DNA of 64,000 nt from the NCBI GenBank assembly GCA_964555185.1, contig CAZKRD010000002.1:21646-85645 (forward strand), read 5' to 3'. Made by a program: the position numbers and the translations under genes. A model generated the notes under the pieces. The model searched no databases, was not told the DNA's origin, and worked only from the letters and a program-made list of their open reading frames with translations. This document shows, one piece after another, positions 46,922 through 55,923 of the stretch. This DNA comes from an uncultured Candidatus Saccharibacteria bacterium. Lineage in GTDB: Bacteria > Patescibacteriota > JAQUNI01. Every line of letters begins with the position of its first letter. Within the stretch, counting starts at the first letter, position 1.

Positions 46922-47078
46922 AGGTTTAATTTTCAATTTCCAATTTCCAATCAAATTATAATTTTCAATGATTTAATTTTCAAATGGTTTGAAGATTTAG
47001 TCATTGGTTATTGCCTGCCTGCCGGTAGGCAGGGTAGGCAGGAAAATTGACTGAAAATTGGTACTTGAAAATTGAAAA
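46922..47078. repeat. family B repeat copy with an embedded ttgcctgcctgccggtaggcagggtaggcagg hairpin
   Basis: Read directly; it aligns with 5652-5770 and 10432-10560. Confidence 0.85.
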
Positions 47079-48032
47079 TTACACTTCATAGTATTCCCGA
47101 TACCATTTGATAAATCGCTTGATCCCTTGTTCCGCGCTCGTTTTCGGCTTCCAGTTCAATTTCTTTACTGATTTTCCAATCTCTGCCTGTGATTCTTTAA
47201 CATCACCGGGCTGTAAGGGCAGCATTCTTTTCTTCGCTTTTTTACCCAACTCTTTTTCAATACAGCGGATAAAGCGTTTTAAAGAAATGGTTTTGTTATT
47301 TCCTAAATTAAATATCTCAAAGGGATAGGATTTTTTCAAGGCGGCCGCTGTGCCGCCAACAATGTCATCAATATAAGTAAAGTCCCGTTTCATTTTGCCG
47401 AAATTATATACTTCAATCGGTTTTCCGTTTAGGATTCTTTTGGTGAACTTAAACAGAGCCGAGTCAGGCCTGCCCCAAGGACCAATCACGCTGAAGTAGC
47501 GCAACCCTGTGCACTTAAGTCCATAAAGATGGTGATAGGCGTGGGCAATTAACTCATTGGCCTTTTTTGTCGCCGCGTACAGCGATATCGGCTGATCAAC
47601 CCGCGCCTGAACCTTAAAAGGCATATTTTTATTATTCCCGTAAACCGAGCTGGAAGAGGCATAAACGAAATTGTTCACTTTGTGATTTTTGGCCTGGTCA
47701 ATCAGGTTTGTAAAACCAACCAGATTGCTTTGGATATAGACGTGGGGATGACTTAAACTGTGACGGGTTCCAGCCTGGGCCGCTAGATGGCAGACTTTGT
47801 CTATTTTGTTTTGCTGGAATATTTTTTTGACGAAATTTAGATCCCTAATGTCTCCGCGATAGAGCTTAAAATGCGTATATTTCTCCAGGATTTCGTTCCG
47901 GTCTTCTTTTAACTTAGGGTCATAATAGGGATTAAAGTCATCAATCCCTAAAACTTTAACCCTTTTTTGAAGCAAGTATTTCGCGATGTGAAAGCCAATA
48001 AAACCGGCCGAGCCGGTAACAAGGATAGTCAT
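47079..48032 (-). CDS. NAD-dependent sugar-nucleotide epimerase (UDP-glucuronate 4-epimerase-like, extended SDR)
   Basis: ILVTGSAGFIGFH, SSSSVYG, YAATKKANE (YxxxK) and GIDDFNPYYD are typical of UDP-GlcA 4-epimerases. Confidence 0.82.
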   Translation of the reverse strand: MTILVTGSAGFIGFHIAKYLLQKRVKVLGIDDFNPYYDPKLKEDRNEILEKYTHFKLYRGDIRDLNFVKKIFQQNKIDKVCHLAAQAGTRHSLSHPHVYIQSNLVGFTNLIDQAKNHKVNNFVYASSSSVYGNNKNMPFKVQARVDQPISLYAATKKANELIAHAYHHLYGLKCTGLRYFSVIGPWGRPDSALFKFTKRILNGKPIEVYNFGKMKRDFTYIDDIVGGTAAALKKSYPFEIFNLGNNKTISLKRFIRCIEKELGKKAKKRMLPLQPGDVKESQAEIGKSVKKLNWKPKTSAEQGIKRFIKWYREYYEV

Positions 48033-48195
48033 ATTTTGAGGTTTTTAAGAGACATATATTCTAACATCTTTTCAGCTACTAATCAATGTTTTACAATTTT
48101 AATTATCATCTTAAGGCCGATAGGCCGAAGGACCTTTAAGGAATATTCACGAGATCCCTCGTCCTCGCTTCGCTCGTCCTCGGGATGACCTTTGG

Positions 48196-49269
48196 TCACT
48201 TTGGCGGCGTTCCCATGCCCAAGAGACCGATAATCAGGCCCAAGACGCAGCCCAAAACCGCGATGATCCAGAAGCGCATCACCACTTTTGGTTCGGGCCA
48301 GCCTTTAGCTTCAAAATGATGATGAATCGGAGTGGACAAGAATATTTTTTTCTTAAAAACTTTTTTGGAGATCCATTGGATGATTACCGAACCAGATTCA
48401 CCGACCAGGACCAGGCCGATTAGGGGGAGGACCAGGGCGGAGTTGGTCAGCATCGCGATAATCCCCAAAGTGGTGCCGAGACTCATTGCCCCGGTATCGC
48501 CCATAAAAAAGCGGGCGGGGTAGATATTAAACCACAAAAAAGCTAAAAGAGCGCCGGCAATCACGCCGCAGAAAGCAGCGAGTTCAATTTTGCCTTTGGC
48601 AAAGGCGATCACCCCGAAACTGGCAAAGGCAAAGAGCAGAGTGCCGCCGGCTAATCCGTCAAGGCCGTCGGTTTCATTGGTGGAAAAGGAGGTGGCGACC
48701 ATAATAAAGATGAAGATTGGGATGTACCACCAGCCGATCGCGAAATCGCCAATCCCAGGGACGTGAATTACGTCCCAGTCTAATTTATAATAAAACCACC
48801 AGGCGCCAAAAAGAGCAACGACCGTGTAGAGAATAAAGCGGTGGCGCATCCGCAAGCCTCCGCCTCTTGGTCCGACTCGATAGACGTTCATTAAGTCATC
48901 AATCGCTCCCACCAATGCGGCGGCAACTAAAACGCCTAACGGAAGCAGGGTCTGGGCCCGGGTTAAGAAATTGAGGTATTGAAAAACTGGGAGTCCGCTC
49001 AACTTTTTGAGCGCGAAGATGACCAGAGCTAAGACTAAAACCGTGCCCCAGATCAGGATGCCGCCCATTGTCGGCGTGCCCTCTTTCTTTTTATGGATTT
49101 TAGTGTAGATCGGCGCTCCGTCCTGCCTGATCCTTTTACCAATCTTATACTTGCGCAAAAATTTAGTTAAGATCGGCGTCCAGGCCATCGCGATGATAAA
49201 AGAGATCGTGGAGAGGATAAATACTTTGGTTAGGCCCGGGAAATATTGGAGTCCTTGGGAGGTGTCCAT
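48196..49269 (-). CDS. mraY: phospho-N-acetylmuramoyl-pentapeptide transferase
   Basis: A 357-aa, ~10-TM protein with the GTPTMGG motif and a DD..D cytoplasmic loop. Confidence 0.92.
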   Translation of the reverse strand: MDTSQGLQYFPGLTKVFILSTISFIIAMAWTPILTKFLRKYKIGKRIRQDGAPIYTKIHKKKEGTPTMGGILIWGTVLVLALVIFALKKLSGLPVFQYLNFLTRAQTLLPLGVLVAAALVGAIDDLMNVYRVGPRGGGLRMRHRFILYTVVALFGAWWFYYKLDWDVIHVPGIGDFAIGWWYIPIFIFIMVATSFSTNETDGLDGLAGGTLLFAFASFGVIAFAKGKIELAAFCGVIAGALLAFLWFNIYPARFFMGDTGAMSLGTTLGIIAMLTNSALVLPLIGLVLVGESGSVIIQWISKKVFKKKIFLSTPIHHHFEAKGWPEPKVVMRFWIIAVLGCVLGLIIGLLGMGTPPK

Positions 49270-49368
49270 GATTTTAATTCAAAGTTCAAAATTAAAAGTT
49301 CAAAGTTTCAAAAACTTTAAATTTTAAATTGTAACTTTTAACTTTGTACTTTTAACTTTTAACTTGAT

Positions 49369-50277
49369 TTACGGCCAGGTGTAGGCCCGAAAGGTCCAGT
49401 CAATCAGGCCTTTCGCTTCCTGCCAGCGGTCTTGGCTGTCCAAGATAATCACAATGATTTCATTTCCTTTACTGTCGCGCCCTGCTTCCATTAGGCATCT
49501 GCCCGCATTGTCTGTGAACCCTGTTTTGCCGCCAATAATATCAAGATAAGTTTTGTCTAATAGTTTATTCGTGTTTTTGATCCATCTTTTGCGGATATTG
49601 GTTTCAAAAATAAACAAAGAGGTGCTCATGATTTCACGGAAGACTTGCTTGTCTAAAGCATAGCGGGTCGTCACAGCTAGATCATAAGCAGAAGAATAGT
49701 GCCTTTCTTGATCTAAGCCGTGGGTGTTCTTGAATTGGGAGGTTTTAAGCCCAAGCGCTCCAACTTTTTGATTCATCGCTTCCACGAATTTTTCTTCACT
49801 GCCGCTTACGTATTCAGCCAAAGCAATTGCCGCATCATTAGAAGAAGACATCAAGAGCCCGCGCAAGAGATTATAGATTGAGATTTCTTCCCCTGCTACC
49901 AATCCCATGTCTGCGCCGGCAGGCTGAACAGCTAAAGGACCTGTCCCGATAACAGCAGTCGCGTCCGGCTCAACGCCTTGGTCCAAGATGGTGACCGCGG
50001 TCATTATTTTGGTTAAGCTCGCCATGGGCAGGGCTTCCCTGCCGTTTTTTTCAAAAAGAACCTGGCCTGATTCTTGATCCAGAACCAGAGCGGATTTGGC
50101 AGTCAACTTGACCCCAAGCATATCTGGGTTTTTGGTTGGTCCGGGTTTTATCTCTTGGGCCAGGATTGCTTCTTGTTCATTCTGATCGTAAGCTAAAGGA
50201 AGCCGTGCCTGTTGGTTGATTGGTGTAAGGTAAGTAGAAGCAATTAAAGTTAGAAGGCTTGTGAATTTGAAAAGCAT
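49369..50277 (-). CDS. dacA: D-alanyl-D-alanine carboxypeptidase (PBP5/6-like serine peptidase)
   Basis: SLTK (SxxK), SSND (SxN) and KTGFT (KTG) motifs in the correct order. An N-terminal signal anchor is present. Confidence 0.85.
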   Translation of the reverse strand: MLFKFTSLLTLIASTYLTPINQQARLPLAYDQNEQEAILAQEIKPGPTKNPDMLGVKLTAKSALVLDQESGQVLFEKNGREALPMASLTKIMTAVTILDQGVEPDATAVIGTGPLAVQPAGADMGLVAGEEISIYNLLRGLLMSSSNDAAIALAEYVSGSEEKFVEAMNQKVGALGLKTSQFKNTHGLDQERHYSSAYDLAVTTRYALDKQVFREIMSTSLFIFETNIRKRWIKNTNKLLDKTYLDIIGGKTGFTDNAGRCLMEAGRDSKGNEIIVIILDSQDRWQEAKGLIDWTFRAYTWP

Positions 50278-50287
50278 TGTTTAGAAT

Positions 50288-50323
50288 GATGAGTCATGCC
50301 ACCAATTCCGGGTGGTCACCCAG
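50288..50323. repeat. 36-bp inverted partner element, 11 nt upstream of the dacA start codon
   Basis: atgagtcatgccaccaattccgggtggtcacccagt. Read on the plus strand it would encode MSHATNSGW, echoing the GT2 C-terminus THATNSG. Confidence 0.85.
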
Positions 50324-50339
50324 TACGGGACGGGTGAAA

Positions 50340-50846
50340 TTATGAATCATGAATTTTTTTGAATCGAGAATAATTTGGCAATTGGGAAATATTGGTTAAA
50401 CCCAAGTGCCGCAATAGATCAGAAGTGATTTGATAATATATCCTATTTTTTTTCCTTTTTCGGGAAATCAAGCCGCGGCGCAAAAGACTGCGCAAGACAA
50501 AAACAGAATTCACACCCCTGATTTCTTCAATTTGAAAGCGCGCGATCGGGCCCTTGTAAGCCACAATTGCCAAGGTTTCTAAAGAGATTCGAGACAATTT
50601 TTCTCTTAATGATTTTTGCCAGTATTGTTCTAAAAACCGCGCGTATTGAGGGTCGCTGACTAGTTGAATTTTGTCTTCTTTTTTCAGGATTTTTAGTCCC
50701 CTGCTTTGACAATCGCTTTCAAGCCTGGCAAGCGCCCCTTCGATTTCTTTTTTATCTACTCTCAAGACCTTTTGGAGTTTTGTGAAACTCTCTTTCTCTC
50801 CTGAAACAAAAAGAATCGCTTCCAAAATTTGAGGAAGATTTTGCAT
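50340..50846 (-). CDS. scpB: segregation and condensation protein B
   Basis: LEAILFVSGE N-terminal winged-helix motif; the 168-aa length is typical. Confidence 0.85.
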   Translation of the reverse strand: MQNLPQILEAILFVSGEKESFTKLQKVLRVDKKEIEGALARLESDCQSRGLKILKKEDKIQLVSDPQYARFLEQYWQKSLREKLSRISLETLAIVAYKGPIARFQIEEIRGVNSVFVLRSLLRRGLISRKRKKNRIYYQITSDLLRHLGLTNISQLPNYSRFKKIHDS

Positions 50847-51010
50847 ATTTTTTTGGATAAAGTATCAGAAGTCAGTTTATTTCATTGTAACACTAGAGCG
50901 AAAAAAAACAAATGTTGACATAATCCTTCTTGTTTTTAAGCTTTCTGTGGAGATTTTTCCAATTCCGATTCCTTGATTTTTCATCTTTTTTGTGGCAAAG
51001 TTTATATCTT

Positions 51011-52462
51011 ATGTTTTCCGAGATTAAAAAATTAATCAAACATTCGGGGATTTATGCTTTGGGCGTTTCTAGCCAGGCCCTGCTCGGCTTTTTATTGGTG
51101 CCGATCTATACCCGGGTTTTATCCCAAGCAGATTTTGGCCGTTTGGAGATTCTTCAGACTTTTTTAAAAGTGCTTCTTTTTTTAATTCCTTTGGGCTTTA
51201 CTTCCGCGCTTTTGAAGTGTTATTACCGTGATGCCAAAAACCAAAAGCAAAAGAGAGAGCTTGTAAGTACTGCTTTCATTTTTATTCTTTTGCTCGCGGT
51301 TTTGGAGATTCTGTTTCTCTCTTTTTTTGCTGGCTCTTTAAGTCGTTTTCTGATCAAGATTAATTTTCCGATTATTATCTATTTACTGCTTGGAAGCGCT
51401 TTCTTTGCGGTTTTGACTGAACTTACCCTTTCCTTTTTGCGGGCAAGGGAAAAATCAAAGCATTATGTCCTGCTTTTTATTTTAAGATTTATTTTAATTC
51501 TGGGAGTGACGCTTTATTTGGTTTTGGGCTTAGATTTGGGCCTTTCCGGTGTGATTTTAGGGGGTTTAGTTGGCCAGGCAATTGTCTGTATTTTTGCCTT
51601 GTCTTATCTTCTTAAATATGTTAAAATAGCTTATTCTAAAAGAGCCTTGACAAAGTTGCTCGCTTTTGGCCTGCCTATTTTGCCGGCCTCGATTGCAATG
51701 TGGGTGATGGATCTTTCTGACCGTTATTTCTTGCGTTTTTTTGGGAATTTCTCCGAGGTCGCTCTTTATTCTTTGGGTTATCGGATCGGCTTTATTCTAG
51801 AGGTTTTTTTAGTAATTCCGTTTCAACTTGCCTGGCCCGCCTTTTCCTTCCGGATTGCTAAAAGACAAGATCACCGTAAGATTTATGTCCGGACCCTGAC
51901 TTATTTTTTTCTGATTGGCCTTTTTGGGGTTTTGGTGCTTTCTTTTTTTGGGCCGGAGATTATTAAGATTCTAGCGCCATCTAATTATGCTTCTGCTTTC
52001 CGTGTCGTACCGGCGGTGGCGCTTGCTTATGTTTTTTATGGCTTACATTTTGTTTTGGCGCCAGGCATTCATTTGAGGGAAAAAACAAAGTACTACCCTC
52101 TTTTGATTATTTTCCCGGCAGTTCTGAATATTATCCTTAATTTTTATTTTGTGCCCCGCTACGGCATGATCGGGGCGGCAGTAACCACCGTGTTCTCTTT
52201 TGCCTTGGTTTTAATCTTAACTTATTTTGTAAGTCAGCATTTCTATCCTTTAAAGCAGGAATGGCGGCGGTTGATTAAGATTCTGACCATGGCCGTAATC
52301 GTATTCGGTCTCTCAAAATTTTTGTTCTGGCCCAAAAGTCCGATTGGTATGTTAACCAAAATAGCCTTGCTTATCTTCTTCTGGCTTGGTCTGTGGGGGC
52401 TGGGGTTTTTTACAAAAGAGGAAATTGGAAAGGTAAGATCATTATTTATTCGAACCAGATAA
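51011..52462 (+). CDS. oligosaccharide flippase (Wzx / MOP superfamily polysaccharide biosynthesis protein)
   Basis: ~12-14 TM segments and an N-terminal IKHSGIYALGVSSQALLGFLLVPIYTRVL typical of the Wzx-like family. Start at the ATG at 51011. Confidence 0.75.
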   Translation: MFSEIKKLIKHSGIYALGVSSQALLGFLLVPIYTRVLSQADFGRLEILQTFLKVLLFLIPLGFTSALLKCYYRDAKNQKQKRELVSTAFIFILLLAVLEILFLSFFAGSLSRFLIKINFPIIIYLLLGSAFFAVLTELTLSFLRAREKSKHYVLLFILRFILILGVTLYLVLGLDLGLSGVILGGLVGQAIVCIFALSYLLKYVKIAYSKRALTKLLAFGLPILPASIAMWVMDLSDRYFLRFFGNFSEVALYSLGYRIGFILEVFLVIPFQLAWPAFSFRIAKRQDHRKIYVRTLTYFFLIGLFGVLVLSFFGPEIIKILAPSNYASAFRVVPAVALAYVFYGLHFVLAPGIHLREKTKYYPLLIIFPAVLNIILNFYFVPRYGMIGAAVTTVFSFALVLILTYFVSQHFYPLKQEWRRLIKILTMAVIVFGLSKFLFWPKSPIGMLTKIALLIFFWLGLWGLGFFTKEEIGKVRSLFIRTR

Positions 52463-52505
52463 TTCCAAAAGGGGCGGCCACTTGGGGCCGCCCCTACAAA
52501 AATTT

Positions 52506-53450
52506 ATGTCAAGATTAATTGTTACGATCCCGGCCTATAATGAAGAAAAAAGCATTGGCCGGGTGATTGCTGAAATTCCGCGAGAGATTCCAGAAATCTC
52601 CGAGGTCTTGGTTTTGGTTGCGGATGATGGATCAGAAGACGAGACTCGGGAGGTCGCGCGCCGCGCTGGCGCTGACTTTGTTATCTCTCATCCGAATAAA
52701 GGCCTGGCTTTGAATTTTCGGATTGCTCAAGAAGAGGCCTTGAAGCTGGGCGCGGACATTATTGTTAATATTGACGCGGACGGACAGTATAACGGTAGAG
52801 AGATTGCCAAACTGATTAAACCTGTTGTTTCCGGCCGGGCCGATATTGTTCTAGGCAATCGTCAGGTGAGGAAATTGGATCATATGCCTTTCGGCAATAA
52901 ATATGGTAATATAATAGGTAGTTTCCTGCTTTCTCGCTTAACTAGGCTCAAGATCATTGACGCCTCGACCGGCTTTCGCGCTTTTTCCCGCGAGGCGGCT
53001 CTTCGTCTGAATGTGATGACCCGCCACACCTATACCCATGAGACCTTGATTCAGGCCGCTGACCAGGACCTTGTGATGGTCCAAGTGCCGGTGGAGTTTC
53101 GCAGGCGGGAGGGCAAATCGCGCTTGATTTCCAATTTGCGGAGTCATATTTTTAAGGCAGGGATTACGATTATCCGGACTTTTACGGTGTACAAGCCCTT
53201 GCGCGTAATGTCCAGTATTGGGGGCTTCCTTTTTGGCATTGGCTTTATTTTTATTATCCGTTTTTTGTATTATTATCTGATTGGCGGCGGAGAAGGTCAT
53301 ATCCAGTCGTTGATTATTGCCGCGGTCCTGATCATGATCGGCTTCCAGACCATTGTCCTGGGCCTGGTTGCTTCGGCGATTGGCTGGTCTCGGAAACTGA
53401 AAGAAGAGATTCTGTATCGGGTTAAGAAGAGAGAGTTTCGGAGTAATTAA
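52506..53450 (+). CDS. family 2 glycosyltransferase (GtrB/DPM synthase-like) with C-terminal TM helices
   Basis: LIVTIPAYNEEKSI...DDGSED...DADGQ DxD motifs, then two C-terminal TM helices. Confidence 0.75.
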   Translation: MSRLIVTIPAYNEEKSIGRVIAEIPREIPEISEVLVLVADDGSEDETREVARRAGADFVISHPNKGLALNFRIAQEEALKLGADIIVNIDADGQYNGREIAKLIKPVVSGRADIVLGNRQVRKLDHMPFGNKYGNIIGSFLLSRLTRLKIIDASTGFRAFSREAALRLNVMTRHTYTHETLIQAADQDLVMVQVPVEFRRREGKSRLISNLRSHIFKAGITIIRTFTVYKPLRVMSSIGGFLFGIGFIFIIRFLYYYLIGGGEGHIQSLIIAAVLIMIGFQTIVLGLVASAIGWSRKLKEEILYRVKKREFRSN

Positions 53451-53503
53451 AGGATTAAGGTTAAATGTCAAATTCCAAAGCTCAAATTTCAAATTAATGT
53501 CAA

Positions 53504-53950
53504 ATGCCAATGAGAATTTTAATTATAATTCTTTTATTCTTCGCGATCATCGCGCTTTGCGGCTATGCCGCTTTTATTGGTCCCAGGCTAGAACTCGCTC
53601 CTTGGCAAACCTTAGAGGAGGCAGAAAAGTATGATGGCCTTCTAATTGAGAGCGGCTACAATCGGGTAACCGGAATTTTAGATCAGTTCGTTATTATCGC
53701 GCCCTATAAGCATCAGATCAGTCTCAAGGTTGATCCGGATTTTAAAATCAAACCCAATGATTTTATCAGTTACCGCGGCAAGGTGGACAAAGAGGGTTAC
53801 ATTATTGTTTCCGAGATCTATGTCCACAAGAGCCGGACCTTAAAATATCTAAGTTCCCTAGTCGCCGGCCTTGTCATCGCCGTTTGGTTTTTCAAAAAGT
53901 ATAAATTCAACCTGAAACGATTTTATTTTGAGAAGAAAACAGGAATTTGA
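53504..53950 (+). CDS. hypothetical bitopic membrane protein
   Basis: A 148-aa protein with N- and C-terminal hydrophobic helices, well spaced in the operon. No family recognised. Confidence 0.45.
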   Translation: MPMRILIIILLFFAIIALCGYAAFIGPRLELAPWQTLEEAEKYDGLLIESGYNRVTGILDQFVIIAPYKHQISLKVDPDFKIKPNDFISYRGKVDKEGYIIVSEIYVHKSRTLKYLSSLVAGLVIAVWFFKKYKFNLKRFYFEKKTGI

Positions 53951-54002
53951 GATTTAATTATCTTCAACTTTTAACTTTGCACTTTCAACTTTTAACTTAA
54001 TT

Positions 54003-54476
54003 TTGATGCCCGACCTAATCACCCATTGTCTTGCTTCCCGGATTATCCTCTTGGGAAGACTAAAGAAATATTTACTGCTTTTTGCCTTGGGCACGATCCT
54101 GCCCGATGTATTATCGCGAGTTCCGGTTTTGTTTATGGCCGGCTGTTATCGCTGTGCCTGGGCTTTCACGGTTTTGCATTCTCCCCTGCCCCTTATTTTG
54201 TTTATCCTGCTTCTCTCTCTTTTATTTACTAACAAAAAACAGGCTTTTTTCAGTTTGTTTTTGGGCATGGTTTTGCATTTGGGCTTGGATTCTCTCCAAA
54301 GACACTTAAGCAAGAGTTATTATTGGTTTTTCCCTTTCTCCTTTAAAACCGCGGAATTCGGTTTGTTTTATCCGGAAACAAGCTTGTATTTTATTCTGCC
54401 CCTGATCCTTATCGCACTTTTGATTTATACTTTTGAATTATATTTTAAGGGTAGAGGCGCACGGAAGAATTTTTAA
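54003..54476 (+). CDS. DUF457/YdjM-like membrane-bound metal-dependent hydrolase family protein
   Basis: MMPDLITHCLAS...LGTILPD is the characteristic N-terminus of this inner-membrane family. It is polytopic. Confidence 0.5.
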   Translation: MMPDLITHCLASRIILLGRLKKYLLLFALGTILPDVLSRVPVLFMAGCYRCAWAFTVLHSPLPLILFILLLSLLFTNKKQAFFSLFLGMVLHLGLDSLQRHLSKSYYWFFPFSFKTAEFGLFYPETSLYFILPLILIALLIYTFELYFKGRGARKNF

Positions 54477-54485
54477 CTTTGAACA

Positions 54486-54959
54486 ATGTTCAATAAACTT
54501 AAATCCCAGCGGGAACTTTTAAATATTGTTGAAGGTCGCCAGAAGCAAGGCAAGAAGGTCGTTTTTGCTTGCGGTTGTTTCGACCTTTTCCACCCCGGTC
54601 ATTTTTACTATTTAAAAAAGGCAAGGGCTTTGGGCGATTCCTTGGTTGTTTGGCTTAACCGTGATCAGTCGATTAAGAAATTGAAAGGAGAGGGGCGGCC
54701 TATTTTTCCAGAGAGACACCGGATAGAACTTGTCTCTGCCCTGGAGTTTGTTGATTTTGTTTGTCTTTTTAGAGACGAGCAGGGATTAGAGATTGTAACA
54801 AGATTCAAACCAGACGTTGTTGCGGTTAATGATTGCTCTGCTCCTTATCTTCAAGCAATCAAGGCTTATGGCGGAGAGGCAAGAACCATTCCTCTTTTAC
54901 CGGAGTATTCAAGCAGTAAAATAATCAATCAAATTTTAAAAAAACACTATGCCCAATAA
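54486..54959 (+). CDS. cytidylyltransferase-like nucleotidyltransferase (RfaE domain II / TagD family)
   Basis: VFACGCFDLFHPGHFYYL (HxGH nucleotidyltransferase motif) and a 157-aa length. Confidence 0.72.
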   Translation: MFNKLKSQRELLNIVEGRQKQGKKVVFACGCFDLFHPGHFYYLKKARALGDSLVVWLNRDQSIKKLKGEGRPIFPERHRIELVSALEFVDFVCLFRDEQGLEIVTRFKPDVVAVNDCSAPYLQAIKAYGGEARTIPLLPEYSSSKIINQILKKHYAQ

Positions 54960-55923
54960 AACAAGACAGACCGTTTTAATCACGGGGTCGGAGGGGTTTG
55001 TCGGATCACACCTTGTTGATTGGATTCTAAAGAATAAGAAAATTTACGAGGTCCATGGGATTCGGCACTGGCGGCCGCGCCATACTCAAATTCTGCATTT
55101 CAATCGTCGCTGCCATTATCACAACTGTGATATCCGGAATATTGAAGAGCTGTTTAAGATTATCAAGAGGGTGAAGCCTGTTAAGATTTTTCATCTGGCT
55201 GCCCAGAGTTTTGTCCCTCTTTCTTGGACTTCGCCGGCTGAAACCTTGGAGACCAATATTATTGGGGAGGCGAATCTTTTTGAAGCAGTGAGAAGAGCTG
55301 GTATTGATCCGGTGATCCAGATCGCTTGCAGCTCGGAAGAGTATGGTTTGGTCCACAAAAACGAAGTGCCGATTCGCGAGACTAATCCCTTGCGTCCTCT
55401 TTCTCCTTATGCGGTCAGCAAGATTGCCCAGGATTTTCTGGGTTATCAGTATTTTAAATCTTATCGTCTTAAAATAATCCGGACCCGGGCATTTAACCAC
55501 AGTGGCCCCCGCCGGACAGGGGTCTTTGTTTGTTCTGATTTTGCCAAGCAGATTGCGGAAATTGAAAAAGGGAAAAAAGAACCAGTAATCTCGGTTGGTA
55601 ATTTGGAACCGATCCGCGATTTTACCGATGTGCGGGATATTGTCCGCGCCTATTGGCTCGCTGCTGAAAAATGCAAGCCCGGCGAGGTCTATAACATCGG
55701 TTCGGGCAGAGGTTATGAAATTAAAGAGGTTTTAGATCTATTGCTTTCTTTAAGCCGCAAAAAGATTGAGATTAAGAAGGATCCAAAAAGAATGCGGCCT
55801 TCAGACGTGCCTATCCTGATTTGTAATTCCAATAAGTTTAAGAGATTAACCGGCTGGAAGCCGAAGATTCCCTTCAAGAAAACCCTGCGCGACACTTTGA
55901 ATTATTGGCGAGAAAGAGCATGA
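54949..55923 (+). CDS. NAD-dependent sugar-nucleotide epimerase/dehydratase (extended SDR; Gmd/Rmd-like)
   Basis: VLITGSEGFVGSHLVDWIL Rossmann motif and SPYAVSKIAQD (YxxxK). The gene is 324 aa. Confidence 0.8.
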   Translation: MPNKTRQTVLITGSEGFVGSHLVDWILKNKKIYEVHGIRHWRPRHTQILHFNRRCHYHNCDIRNIEELFKIIKRVKPVKIFHLAAQSFVPLSWTSPAETLETNIIGEANLFEAVRRAGIDPVIQIACSSEEYGLVHKNEVPIRETNPLRPLSPYAVSKIAQDFLGYQYFKSYRLKIIRTRAFNHSGPRRTGVFVCSDFAKQIAEIEKGKKEPVISVGNLEPIRDFTDVRDIVRAYWLAAEKCKPGEVYNIGSGRGYEIKEVLDLLLSLSRKKIEIKKDPKRMRPSDVPILICNSNKFKRLTGWKPKIPFKKTLRDTLNYWRERA

